Part shown: positions 1-13,298 of the stretch, piece after piece
Layout of the letters: each line of letters starts with the position of its first letter
Position numbering within the stretch: the stretch's first letter is position 1
Source of the DNA: Octopus vulgaris
Lineage: Eukaryota
DNA length: 64,000 bases
NCBI GenBank assembly: GCA_951406725.2
Contig: OX597826.1
Span: forward strand, 55,180,001-55,244,000
Reading direction: 5' to 3'
Made by a program: the position numbers and the translations under genes
Notes under the pieces: generated by a model
Database searches by the model: none
Told to the model about the DNA's origin: nothing
The model's input: the letters and a program-made list of their open reading frames with translations, nothing else

Positions 1-1123
1 TCTTTTCTATAATGTTATTCACTAAAGCCATCTTCAACTTCAATAACTACTTCTATATGAGATCTAAATCATCTACATGCGCAAATCAAGTGGTCCTGGT
101 TTATTTTGGACATTTTGTTGTTATGGGTACGTTCATTGACCTCTCTCTCAACAACGCATGTAATAGTCCAATGGATTGAGATCAGGGGAATTAGGAGACT
201 AAATGTTAGGGGTTATGTGATCACAAAAATTTTCAGCCATCCATTCCTGTGTTAGTAGAGCTATGTGTGATAGTGCAGAGTCTCACTGAAGCACATATGG
301 CCTTCAATTGCATACACTGTCTATCCAGGGCTAAACAATTGTTTCCAGGACCTCAATGTAAGTAGAAGAGTTAACTCTAAGGCCTTGTAGAAAGAAATAA
401 GAAGGCGTCACATGTCCTTCATTGCTGACAGCCCCGAAAACCATGGCGGTTGTTGGAAATTTTGTATGTAGTAACATTTGGAACTTCAGAAGGGTCGGCA
501 CGTATCGTTCTGTCATTTCTTCTCTAAACATTTTTGATCTTGATCGAAGTGTTTCTCGTTTGAGAAAAAAACAAATCAAATCTTCTGCTGGATTTTTCAA
601 TTGATTTAAGAGGCTTTTAGATCTGATGTAGTTATGTTAATTTTGCTTTTTTTTTTACACAAATTTACCTTTCCTCATCCTATAAGACTTATATCTTATG
701 TCTTCGTGGACAACATGTCTGATTGTTCCTTCTGAAACATGGAGATCTTTTGCAATTGACCTCATGGAGTTTCTGGGATTGTAATCAACGGGCTGTAGAA
801 CTTGCTGCATAAACTGAGATATTCTGATAATTTCGGAGCGTTTAGAATGATTTTTATGCTTTGATACTGGTGATACGTTTTCATCTTCAGTTTCTAACTC
901 CTTGCGAACTTTGTGGACGAAAGATCAGGCAACTTTTAAGAATCAGGATATTTCTAAATCGCTATACTCAGACTTTATAACCTCGATAATAGCATGTCTC
1001 TTCATTTCTTGAGGAAGCTAAATGTCTGCCAGTATTATTTTCTGAAACAAAGATTATACAGTGTTAGCAAAAATGAAACAATAACCCAAAAAATGTGTCT
1101 TCAATTACCATTCGGACCCCGTA
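1..1123 (-). mobile_element. Decayed Tc1/mariner DNA transposon, DD37D (maT-like); other end lies outside the window
   Basis: Minus strand ~160-300 reads PYVLQ*DSALSHIALLTQEWMAENFCDHITPNI*SPNSPDLNPLDYY, with 37 residues between the 2nd and 3rd catalytic D. ORF 331-600 has MVFGAVS..G...F...GLRVNS..YIEVLE. A TIR-like end (minus-strand TA-CGGGGTCCGAATGG) is at ~1100-1123. Contains stops and frameshifts. Confidence 0.85.
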
Positions 1124-1128
1124 TAATT

Positions 1129-1130
1129 TA

Positions 1131-1202
<72 letters not shown>

Positions 1203-1207
1203 TCTAC

Positions 1208-1263
<56 letters not shown>

Positions 1264-1311
1264 TTATCCATCCATCTATCTATCTATCTATCTATCTATT
1301 TATCTACCTAT

Positions 1312-1345
<34 letters not shown>

Positions 1346-1433
1346 GGGGGGGGGTGTACGTATATATGTACAAGAATATATATGCATATATATACGTGTA
1401 TGTATGCGTATGCGTATGTATATCTGTATATTT

Positions 1434-1464
<31 letters not shown>

Positions 1465-1550
1465 GACATGTACATATATATACATATATGTATGTATGTA
1501 TATATATATATATGTGTGTGTGTGTATGTGTGTGTGTATGTATATATAGT
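1129..1550. repeat. Compound microsatellite (TCTG)n-(TCTA)n-(TA)n-(TG)n, representative of dozens of similar tracts in the window
   Basis: Direct reading; source of the spurious [12 protein letters not shown] ORFs. Confidence 0.95.
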
Positions 1551-1659
1551 GTGTATCCTTACTAGACGTGTGTCTGTAAACATTACACTTGTCACATGAC
1601 CTTTCTAAAGGCTGAGATATTTGAATATAATTTTCTAGAAATAAGCGTAATATATATCT

Positions 1660-2040
1660 ACGCTTAGCCCTATCTGTAAAATTAACGCTGACCCTAAATA
1701 TTAAACGCAGCTGTAAACCCTATCCTTAACATTAAGCTCGAAAGCAAAAGCCTCATGTAAACCATAACTCGAGACCTTAACGTCTAAACCTAAAACCTAT
1801 ACCGAAATACCAACGCTCTGCTAACTCTAAAGATAAATTCCATCATGACACTAAATCTGAGTAAGAAATGTAACTCTAACTAGAAAACTAAAATCCCTAA
1901 CTCTAATCTCTAAAGCTAGACCAAACAGTAACTCGAAGTCCAGAGCATAATCCCTAAGTATTTACTCCAACCCTAAACACCAAGACTAAACCTTGAGTTT
2001 AACCTTAATCCTTACCTAAACCAAAATTCCAAACTAGTCT
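1660..2040 (+). repeat. Highly degenerate (TAACCC)n-like hexamer tract
   Basis: Recurring ccctaa/ctaacc/aaccct/aactct variants at roughly 6-bp spacing. Confidence 0.5.
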
Positions 2041-2169
2041 TGAAATAAATCTTTACGAAATTCTCATAATTCTTAGAAATAATGATAAATAATACTTCAA
2101 TAAATAATTAATATTAATTAATAAGAAATAATACTAAGTGATAATATTAAAAATTATAAATAATATTCA

Positions 2170-2500
<331 letters not shown>

Positions 2501-3189
2501 TAATGAATAAAGAATTCATAATAAATAAAAATTATAAATTCTTTAATAAATAATACTTATTAATTGCATCGTATTTAATGAATATTGTTGAAAATGAAGC
2601 GATCTATCTATTATTTTGTTTCGAAACTTTGTTTTTCAGATCCGTAAATCCAGGACCCGTGTTTCCTATGTTTAGAAAAGAGATTTTTAAAAAATTTAAA
2701 ATAGAAAAGATAAAAACTAAAGAGTCATAGTATCGTGACCTTTGGTTTGAAAATCTGCTCCTGTACTTTTGAAAATGGTGACACTTATTTATTTTTGTTT
2801 ATTAATGGAAAGTTTTAGTTTGCTTTTCTTTATTTTACCTTCATGAAAGGCTCTGCCTGAATCAGCGTATCTTTCCTCTTCCTGAAGGCAAATAAATACC
2901 TAACAAGGCCAGTCAGTTCGCCTCATTATTCCAGTGGACAATGGAAAAGGCGTTCCACCGGAAGATGGCGAGAGAAATAAATGTTAATTGCGGCCAAAAA
3001 CCGCCTATGACACACATACGACAGGCACAACACAAAAGAAATGGACAACATCAAGATACTGATAAATAAATAAGGGGGAGCATTTTGTTTAAAATTGCTG
3101 CCATTTGTTTAAAATTATTATTACAGTAACAATACTGCCTTCATTGTATTGATGTTTCATGGTATCTGATTTAGGTACAAGGATAAAAG

Positions 3190-3380
3190 TTTTGTGCAGA
3201 AGAGGTTAGTTGTCGATATCGATCTCAGTACTTGATTAGTCTTTTATTTGATTGGCCTTGGAAAGATGAATGGTAAATACGATCTGGGCGGAAGATGAAC
3301 TCAAATTGTAAAGAATCGGAACAAACATCCAAATATTTTTTCCGACGATCCAACGATTCTGCCATCTCATCGCCTTTCTG
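3190..3380 (-). mobile_element. Degraded tRNA-type SINE, family B
   Basis: Reverse complement resembles the family B core (ggcagaatcgtt...tttgagttca...ccagatcgtatttaccattcatctttcc). Confidence 0.6.
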
Positions 3381-3580
3381 TTTCTCTGGCTCATTCTTTC
3401 CGTTTGTTTATGATAAATTAATGCAAGAGCCCTTACCATTATTATCTGTACAAGCGCGTATTTGCGCGTGCTTTGTGCTTGGACACGTGAATACGGATCG
3501 ACGTGAGCACATGCACCGGAAGACCGTGCATTAACGTGTAAGTTTACGTGTTTGTCGTGTGTGCATCTGGGGATATGTGC

Positions 3581-3623
<43 letters not shown>

Positions 3624-3681
3624 AACGGTTCCGTACTGCTACTATTTACATCTCGCTCAGAGATTTAATATAGCATTCTTT

Positions 3682-3785
<104 letters not shown>

Positions 3786-4447
3786 ATATTGTATGCGAAT
3801 GAAAGAAGTGCAACTAAACTCATTTTGTTAATGCGATCAACTATTGAATTATTATTATCATACATTTGCTTCATGCAGCATACAATTCGTTTTGATAAAT
3901 TTACTGACAAGCATTTACTATATTGTGTTGTAGCATACTCTATTCATTTCTTTCAATAACAGTTTTTTGTAAAATATATTCTGAGACTCCTCCTTTCCCC
4001 TAGGGATTTCATTCGTGATGGAGAATTAATATGATTTCCTGAGTAGGATTTTATTACAAATCCTTTTACTATTTGTATGGTTAAATCTAACCGTCAACTG
4101 TTAAAATCCCGGTAGTAATGTCTATGCAAATCACACAGGTTTTGCTGTACGTAAGGAACCAACAACACACGCAAACATCATTCTAAGAAGAAAATGACTC
4201 AATGGGAATATAATGATCTAGGAATTTTGGTGATGAATTTGAAAGTGCTAGCCCTCTAATCAAAGCGGGATGTCACTTGAATATATAGGAAAAAATATCA
4301 GCTTGCTAAAAGAGAGTTGCGTTTGAAATAAGTGTTTAAAGCAAAAGCTACCCTCGCAAGTACATATGCATATATATATATATGTGTGTGTGTGTGTGGA
4401 ACAGACTTTGTTTTAAACATACATATATGTCATATATATGTACGATC

Positions 4448-4545
4448 GGAGGCGCAATGGCCCAGTGGTTATGGTAGAGGACTCGTGGTCTTAGATCACA
4501 GTTTCGATTCCCAGTGTTTATTGAGCGAAAACGCCTGAAGCTCCG
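4448..4545 (+). mobile_element. tRNA-derived SINE head, family A (partial)
   Basis: ggaggcgcaatggcccagtggtt (A box) ... gtttcgattccc (B box) ... gtttattgagcgaaaac; matches 60886-61010. Confidence 0.75.
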
Positions 4546-4597
4546 TTAGACATGGCCTGGGCCAATACTGGCCGAAACCTTTCTAAGTTATTCTAAG

Positions 4598-4671
<74 letters not shown>

Positions 4672-4752
4672 GTATGCATGTATGTATGTACGTATGTGTG
4701 TGTGTGTGTGTGTGTGTGAGTGGGTGTGTATGTGTGTATTTGTGTGTGTGCT

Positions 4753-4788
<36 letters not shown>

Positions 4789-4940
4789 AAATCCAATGAT
4801 CCTTTACACGCTTATACAGTTACGAAATTTCACAAATACACTTTCTCATGGAGATATGACATACCTATTATAATGGGTAATACTACATGAACTTTTCATA
4901 TTTTTTATAGTGTGATGTAACTCTTTGGAATAACAATTTA

Positions 4941-5033
4941 TGCGGCTGAAGAGAGCTTTAAACCATCTTTTATATCTATTACACACTGATGTAAGAACAG
5001 GTCGTTTATAAAGCTTGAAACACGTGTACCGCG
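4941..5033 (+). ncRNA. Type I hammerhead ribozyme motif (Penelope-type) with long stem II
   Basis: Stem I tgcgg/ccgcg; core CTGAAGA 4946-4952; stem II gagcttta...taaagctt; GAAA 5017-5020; palindromic stem III ACACGTGT; cleavage triplet GTA at 5026-5028. Lies in a ~280-bp non-repetitive block between (TA)n tracts. Confidence 0.75.
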
Positions 5034-6033
5034 CCATCCTTTGTGTTCTGTTTTTGATTTTATTTGATATATATATATATACATATATATAAAACTTATA
5101 TTATTATAGAAATGTTTAGCTTCATCATAGCCAACATAAACCTTATCATCTTTGTCACTATGCCCAGCTTGGGTGCGTTAGATTGGCAGTTTCGTTAGCG
5201 CATTGGAATAAATTCTTTACTCTATTTCATTTATCTCTCCATTCTGATTCCAATTCCAGACCCTCTCACCTATACGATTTGTATCTCCGGGGACCGGTAA
5301 AATAACATAGTATATACGTATTCGTATCCATAGAATCGATCAGTGCCCCTCTTTTCACAACTGTTTGGCTCTTTGCCTAAACCAGAAACCATCATCATCT
5401 TCGTCATAAACACACTCAGCACCATCAGTATTGTCATTTTCCACTTCATCGTCGTCCTACATCTTAACATCGCCGCCATTACATTTGTCGCTGCTGCAAA
5501 TAGGTACATTTCGTTCCCATCTGCATATCATCACCCCCCCCCTATACTCTCGACTCCCTAACACTGCAATCAAATACATTCCAAGTGATATGAAATATAA
5601 AAAGATTATATTTGCTGTGATGAAGAGTTTGTACTTGAGGAAGGACAACTATAGTACTTGATTATCAACGAAATCCAACGATATCATTACACTAACTGGA
5701 ACATATCATTATCTCACAGAATCGTATAATTTATAGATACATGTATATGCATATATATATATATAAATATTTTATATATGCATTTATACATATACATATA
5801 AATATATGTTTATATATATGTGTATGTGTGTGTTTGTCTCTGCATATACATTTTTCATATGTATGTATATATGTATGTATGTAGGTAAGTGTGCATGCAA
5901 GTATGTATGCATATGCATATATATATATATATATATATATACATACATACACTTATACATACACACATATATATGCATATATATTACACACACCCTCTCT
6001 CTCATATATATGTATATATATATATATATATAC

Positions 6034-6067
<34 letters not shown>

Positions 6068-6111
6068 ATGTATATACATATGTATATATATATGTATATA
6101 TATGTATGTAT

Positions 6112-6152
<41 letters not shown>

Positions 6153-7023
6153 GATTGATAGATAGATAGATAGATAGATAAATAGATAACTTATAGATAG
6201 ATAGATAGACTCATACATACATTCGTGTGTGTCTATGTCCTGTGTATTTTTGTAGGTGAGTGTATTTTCCTCACACATGCACAGACAAACACACACATAT
6301 ATACGTACATACACATAACCATAGCCCCCCATATGGGTAGACTTGCAATTACGTGTATACGTATATTTATTTGTATATCCCTTTTTTGTGTACACGTTAC
6401 TGTTGTACTTATTGAATACTCACATTATGATAATAGGTTTCAAAAAAGCATGGACTAATAGGCAAGAAAATGGTAAAATAATTGCACACCATTATAGATC
6501 GATATTAAGGATTAATGGTGTATGCCTTCCTACGAGCTCTTTCTATATAATATATCCACATTTTTCATGAGATATCAAGTAGTGGGAAATAAGGGAAACA
6601 TTAATATTAGCAGGGAACTTGGCAGATAATAGACGAAAGTAAGAAGTTATTACCAAGTATTAATAAAAATTCATCTGAACGCGGTAATATATGTCCCCGA
6701 AGATATAAGTTAAAAATTTAGTCTTATCAATATTAGTATAGATAGTTTTTTTTTTTAGTATTTTCTTCCTGTTATTATTTCCGGTCAGCTCTGATTGAGC
6801 AAGAATTTGTATGATGACACTCGATCCAACCACGACCATCGCCTCATTTTATTCTACTTGTTTTGTTTATGTGCTTGGAGGTACGTGAGTTACAGAGGTT
6901 TTGCAGCTTTATAAACCAGTGTGTGTCATATTTTTTCAAGCTGGCTTCTGTGTGATACGCAGCAGAATATGTCTAGTGTTTCTGGGAATTATAAATGTCT
7001 GTATGCATATATGTATGTATGTA

Positions 7024-7089
<66 letters not shown>

Positions 7090-7859
7090 TACATTTATGT
7101 GTGTGTATAGGAACACGCGCGAGTGTTTTTATGTGTATGCAAGTGATTATCAACATTGCGATGAAGGATGGCAGGCCGAAACGTCGAAAGCACTGTCCAC
7201 TGTTCTACGCCTCGACTAATATTCAAAAACTTTTGTTAGATTGGTTCTGATGGCTATGTTTAAACGAAACACCTTGAAAATTTGCAAGTTTTCTTAAATA
7301 TTATTCCGTGAGTGATCGTTTAAATTGTTTAAAATTGCTAGGACACTGTGTTTGTAAAATGTTGAGCTATGGAGAAGAGAATGTTTACTTCTTAAGTATA
7401 TCCGGTATGAATAATCAATTAACATCGGAACTTCCCCTGGATGTCTCGAATAACAAGTTATCTTCACATTTGAAATAGTAAAATTAATTTAATATGCGTA
7501 TTTGTATATATGTCTGTGCGATCTTTCCGAGAGCATATGTTCATAAATACATAGTTGTGTACATCCCCATATTACTGCACTGTGTGGGAAATATATGTGC
7601 CTTCATATGTGTGTGTCGGTATGTGCATACATAAGTGCGTATATATGCGTATTTGTGCTTACATCGTATTTTCGTGCGTGTGAATATGGATAGACTCAGG
7701 GACATACGTCCATGAAGTATACTTATATATGTGTGTATGTATACGTATGTTTTTAATGCATGGCCATGTTTGTATGCACGTAAATATGTGTTGCGAATAT
7801 GTATATCTATGTAATTTTTGCGAATGGAATTCATGCTAGTAATAAATATTGTTCAAGTT

Positions 7860-8065
7860 TCGGCATAAGGCGAACAAGATCCAGGAATGGTGTAAGTCGA
7901 TTACATCGGTCCCCTTTGCTATATTATTACTTATTTTCTCGAGCCTGGGAAGATAAAAGGAAAAATCGACCTCGGCGGCGTTTGAACTTAGAACGTGAAA
8001 GACGGATAAAATGCTGCTGAGCATTTTTCCCGGCGCGCTAACAATTCCACCAGCTCACTGCCTTA
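7860..8065 (-). mobile_element. SINE family B
   Basis: Reverse complement: ggcagtgagctggtggaattgttagcgcgccggg...gttcaaacgccgccgaggtcgatttt. Confidence 0.75.
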
Positions 8066-8412
8066 CCATTAAGAAATACTAAAGCTATGTCTAGCTCGAG
8101 CGTACTCTTCCAATAGAAATATGAGACATTATAAAACAAATGATAACTGAAACATCAGACCAGAACTATAAATAGGTGATTGTTGCATCTGGGGTGTTTC
8201 GTGTCTTCATGCTCTGCATTTAAATGTCGTCGGGATCAGCTTTCTTTTACATTATTCTCGGACCAATATATTAACTTTAAGAAATATACCCTGATAAATT
8301 CCGTCGATATTAACCTTCTCTTGGAAAATTTCAGGAATTGCCGTGCAATAATGGATCAATATTAGTACGAAATCAGAATAAATTATTTCATTCTACTATA
8401 TGCAAAACTGTA

Positions 8413-8870
8413 GGCACATGGCCTAGTAGTTAGAGTAGCGGTCGAGGGATCACGGGTTCGAATCTCAGAACGGGCGATGTGTGTGTTTATGAACGAAACA
8501 CCTAAGCTCCACGCGGCTCCGTCAGGTGTTGTGTGGACGCCCCCAGACGATGAAGTAGGCTAGCCCAATACGTAGATATAGAGGGATAATTCTAGACGTT
8601 GGGAGTTGAGTAGAGGTTATCGGAACGTGCGATATAACAGTGGCGACGAGGATTTCGTACCTCACACAGCCACTGTGTAGTACTGCGATATAACAGAAGG
8701 TAATGGCGAACATCTGCTGACTCATACGCCACAACTTTCCGCTACCTCATTCCTCCTGCATCACGCAGCTTACCTGCAGCAGACCGGCGTTTCCTCCAGG
8801 TGGGGAACGCAAATGAAACCGGGAAACCGGCCCTTATGAGCCAGGCATGGCTCGAGAAGGAACAAACAAC
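8413..8870 (+). mobile_element. SINE family A head joined to a different body and a LINE-like 3' tail
   Basis: Head ggcacatggcctagtagttagagtagcgg...gggttcgaatc; ends tgaaaccgggaaaccggcccttatgagccaggcatggctcgagaaggaacaaacaac. Confidence 0.6.
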
Positions 8871-8879
8871 TGTATGCAA

Positions 8880-9285
8880 AAAGCCTGGAATTTGCAAAAA
8901 GGTACTTGTCGATTAATTCGACTCCAGTACTTATTTTATCGACCCCGATGAGAAGAAAGCAAAGTTGACCTCGGATAAAGACAGGCGAAATGCCGCTAAG
9001 CATTTTCTCTGCCGTGCTAACGATTCTGCCAGTTCACCATCTTATAGGTTATCGTTATTCATAATTATTAAGGTGGTGTGCAGTCAGAATATTTTGAAAG
9101 CCGGACAAAATGCTTAGAATCATTGCGCCTCTCTTAACGTTTTGAATTTAAATATTCCACTGAGGTCGACTTTGCCTTTATACCTTTCGAGATCGATAAA
9201 ATGAGTACCAGTGAAGTACTAAGGTCAATGTAATCGACTAGCTCCCTCCCCGCAAAATTTCGGGCCTCGTGCTTATAGCAGAAAG
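8880..9285. mobile_element. Two SINE family B copies head-to-head (8880-9045 minus, 9071-9285 plus)
   Basis: Both carry the gaggtc(g/a)actttgc...tcgataaaat(a/g)agtac core in opposite orientations. Confidence 0.7.
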
Positions 9286-9429
9286 AAGCCATGAACAATT
9301 ATAATTTTGATTTAGTCATTGGTCAACTGTAGCCATGTAGACGTAGGGTGTTTCATTTATTTGTGCACTCAGTGCATAAATATACTGACAGAATTCAACG
9401 GAAAAACATGTCTGTAACTTTTCCTATAA

Positions 9430-9525
9430 AAGTCATGAATCCTCAGACTTTGACATTGAGGTTCATAACCAGTCTCTTTAGGCATAGCGCGTGAAAAGAG
9501 ATTGAGATAGCGCTTGTAGAGAGGG

Positions 9526-9558
<33 letters not shown>

Positions 9559-10280
9559 GGTGGGGTCGATATTATTTTTGTGTCCCTTTTGTATTTACAG
9601 AAATGAAGAGTGAAGTTCCAAATTCGGATATGTTGAATGACAGGTTAGAACCGTACCTTTTGTTTCGAGAAAGAATAAACAAATATTTGACCATACCAGC
9701 AAAGCGTTTGGCAGAATGAACTACTCTGTTCGGCTTTGTATCTGTCTTTGGGAATATTTTTCACAGATTTCGAGAGCTCGCGTTGTCTTTCGGCCTTTCA
9801 CCTCTGTTTTCAAAAAATCCATGATCTCCTCTGGCCCAAGATGTCAAGGTCATAGACTACTGGTGTGTGTCTGAAGGGGTATGTTTGGAAGGGAGGAGAC
9901 TAGCTGAGTAAGCCGTAAATAAACCGACGCAATCAACGAGAAACAGTGTGTCTTTTCCAAGAAAAATCATGAATTTTCAGGTTTTCGTATCAAGGTCCAT
10001 AATCACCAATCTTTTAAGCATGGTGCACGAAGAAAGAGAGAATGAAGGATAATATTATCTTTGTCCCCTTATTTACAGAGGGAAAAAACTTCCGCTGCAA
10101 ATACCGATACGCTGTGTCACTGATTAGTGCCCTATTTTTATGGTCAAAAAACGAAAGAACAAAGATTCAGCCAGAACGGCAAAACATCCGGCAGAATAAA
10201 CTACTCTATTTTGAATCCGTATTTACGACCATTTTTCACACATTTCGAGGGAATGCGTTTTTCCTCGGCCTTTCATGTTT
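9430..10280 (+). repeat. Old, diverged tandem duplication of a ~500-bp unit
   Basis: Collinear similar blocks: tcatgaat..tcag 9433/9968; tgtcccc..tatttacaga ~9580/~10062; ggcagaat.aactactct ~9710/~10190; tttcaca.atttcgag..tcggcctttca ~9758/~10233. Confidence 0.6.
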
Positions 10281-11015
10281 TTCCCATCACAATGAACTAA
10301 GTAGCAGCGATAGAATATTCTCAACACAATTGACTATAACCTTTCTCCACAATTCTGTATCCTTTGCCGATGTTATAAATCTATATTATATTAAACCTTG
10401 ACGATAATCGCATAAAATAACAGGTTGTTATCAATTAAGAAATACAAAAAGAAACGTATATGTATACGTAGCATATCGTTACGAAACATTGATAAATTGA
10501 TATTATTAATATTGTCATAAACACACAAGATAATAGCATTAAATAATAGGGTTTTATCAAGTATTTAAAAATAAAGTAATATATTCATGATGAGAAGATA
10601 TCAAACAAGAAATATTGATGTTATAATATTAACATGAAGTGAATAGTTAATAGTATAAATTAAAGGCCTAATACCGTGTATTATGAATAGCATATCAACA
10701 CATATTGAGAGGGAAAAACTAGTAAGGTTGTTGTTAATACGATAAAGTGAAAGGAGAGCTTCGTGAATTAAAAAGTATTTATCACTCTGATATATCATGT
10801 AAGCTATTAGAGGCTGGTTAATATTATGATATTATGTCAATATTTTTCATGAACATCGAGTATTTTTCTTTTTTTTCTGGTATAAATAAAACATAAGGAC
10901 ATGAAGTAAAGATAAATGCGTTGAATACATACGAATCTAATGATAATTGTCAGGATGATGATCAAGATAATTATGATGATGATGGTTATTATGACGACGA
11001 CCACGACGATGATGA

Positions 11016-11059
<44 letters not shown>

Positions 11060-11079
11060 ATAATAATAATAATAATAAT

Positions 11080-11770
11080 TTCATTATTTGCCTCTAGGGC
11101 GGAGGATGAGGGGAATAATACAAAGACAGACATAAAGTGTGGGGGTTTACATATAATGAGATGACAAGAAAAAGAAAAGGGAAGAAAGTAAGTAAGTAAG
11201 TATACACGGTATACACTGAAAAAGAAGGGACATATGCATAGCATAGCATACAAAGGTTAAAAAAGGGTGGCGGGGAGGATGATAGAGATGGGGTCCTCCT
11301 TGTACAGGAAGGCCTCTAGGTAAAATCGAGGAATCCCACGGTCTGAGATTTCCCTGAAACCTCAGAAGCAAGGGCCCTCTTCAATTCCTTCTCTCTGACT
11401 TACAGGTCTACACTTAGAGAATTACAATCCACTCTTGCCATTTTCGCAACTTTCACCCACCATTCAGTAAGCTCACTCGAGGACAGCACTTCCCCTCCAC
11501 TCTCAATTTCCTTTTCAAGTTGAACTTGAAGGAGTCGAGGAGAGTTCTACCAAAGGGGAATGTATGTGTCTAACTTCTTTCCCCGCAGGCACCAGGCAAG
11601 GAAAACACTGCCTTGCCTGCCCGATTGGAGGTGGGTGGTGGCGCAATTTTCATTACAGACTAGCCAATTCGTTCCCGTCGGTGCTCAGATTTTCCTCGAG
11701 AACGTCGTCACACTTCCACGCCACTGATCTTCTATAAATTCCTAAAGTAGAACATCTACCGATCCCATTA
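11080..11770 (-). mobile_element. Probable 3' end of an unclassified non-LTR retroelement with (ATT)n tail
   Basis: GC-richer block whose minus strand ends ...ctagaggcaaataatgaa(att)n; its 5' side abuts a TAA/TGA microsatellite. No diagnostic protein motif was recognised. Confidence 0.4.
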
Positions 11771-11820
11771 ATAATAATAATGATGATGATGATGATGGTG
11801 ATAATAATAATAATAATAAA

Positions 11821-12375
11821 TGCCCTGATGCAGTACCAGGCAGTGGCTCTCATGGCTTCTGATCTTAACTGATTGGAAGTGTTCTCATGTACATTGTTTT
11901 GTCTTGGTATAAAAGATGGGCTACAGCAAATATTCTGCTCAATACCACAGATTTGCTTGTCAGTTGTTTGACCTTAACCAGTTGAGCATGTCCCTTAGTG
12001 GCTGACGATATGTGCATCTCTGATCACGAGCAGAAGTAGTGGGGGAGCATCATAGCCATGTGTTGAGAGGGATTCTTTGGGGTTTGAATAGTTCACCTCT
12101 GGAAACATGGGTGGTTCTTTCAACATCCTTAAACAACCCTTACTCGGGGACCGTTTGAGCGGGATGGGCCACTCAACCTGAAGAAAATTCTAACTGGGCC
12201 CCACCTGCAAGGTCATGTGCTGTTTATCTTGACATTAGATCACCATGTCGCACACAGATGGTTGTGATGCATGTGCCTGGTGTACCCTTATCAGACAGGT
12301 AGTCATGATGGGTATACTGGGCTTCGTAAATTTTACCCCAGTGTAACGTTGATGGCATGCACTGCTCTCTCACTC
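11821..12375 (+). mobile_element. ~555-bp non-coding interspersed element in (TAA)n, copy 1
   Basis: tgccctgatgcagtaccagg...gcatgcactgctctctcactc, flanked on both sides by taa repeats; collinear with 42411-42962, partial copy at ~53572-53622. Strand is assigned only from the downstream (TAA)n. Confidence 0.85.
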
Positions 12376-12444
<69 letters not shown>

Positions 12445-12499
12445 CAGATATCATAAAAGACACACAGATATGCTAGTGAGTTAGCGACCTAGCTAGCCA

Positions 12500-12930
12500 G
12501 GTAGTGAGTGAGTGAGTGAGGGAATGTGTGAGTGAGTGAGTGAGTGAGTCAATGAGTTAGTGAGTGAGTGAGTGAGTGAGTTAAGTCTCCTCATGCCATG
12601 ACGCACGTAAGGCCAGAACACGATCTCTCCAAAATACTCTGTTTTCTGCCATTGTTCTGGCCACATTCCAGCTTCTCCACCCTTTTTGTCTCCTTTCCTT
12701 GTCAATAATCCCTTGCCATGTGATTTCCGGGCGCCCCACCGCTCATTTGCCCTCATACTACCACTTTTGTGCCACTATACCATCGCTTTCTCGATCTTGT
12801 CTGAGCACGTGTCCGATCCAGTCCGCCTCAATTGTGTTATTTCTGACTCTGCAACCACTCAATATCGAATATTCCAAGCATAACAGGTGTACGAATATAT
12901 TTGATACGCCTCAGCTTCAGTAGCGCATGT
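12500..12930 (-). mobile_element. RTE-clade LINE 3' end with (CACT)n tail
   Basis: Minus strand reads ...WIGHVLRQDRESDGIVAQKW*YEGK*AVGRPEITWQGII...GWRSWNVARTMAENRVFWRDRVLALRASWHEET*, the typical RTE C-terminus, followed by (actc)n. Confidence 0.8.
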
Positions 12931-13059
12931 TCGTGTGGAGAAAAAGAAGAATATTTGAGTACATTAGAGCTTGTAATATGGGCCTATATTCGCATATATG
13001 ATTCGCGGTGATTTTTTAAAAATATATCTTTACAAAGAAATGAATGTCCTATATACAAC

Positions 13060-13215
13060 GGCTTTCTTTCAGTTACCGTCTACAAAATCCACTCACAAAG
13101 CTTTGATCAAAAAGATGCTGACGCAGAAGACAACAGCTCAAGGTGCCACGCATTGGGACTGAACCCGAAATCAGAGAGTTGGGAAGCAAACTTCTTACCA
13201 CACAACCACACCTGC
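13060..13215 (-). mobile_element. SINE family C head (partial)
   Basis: Reverse complement: gcaggtgtggttgtgtggtaagaagtttgcttccc...gggttcagtcccaatgcgtggcacc. Confidence 0.7.
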
Positions 13216-13298
13216 GAAGCAAAAGCGGTAAATGATGTAGACAGGAGTATAAATTAATCCTTGAGGACCATGTCTGAAACAGATCACTGAAACAGATC

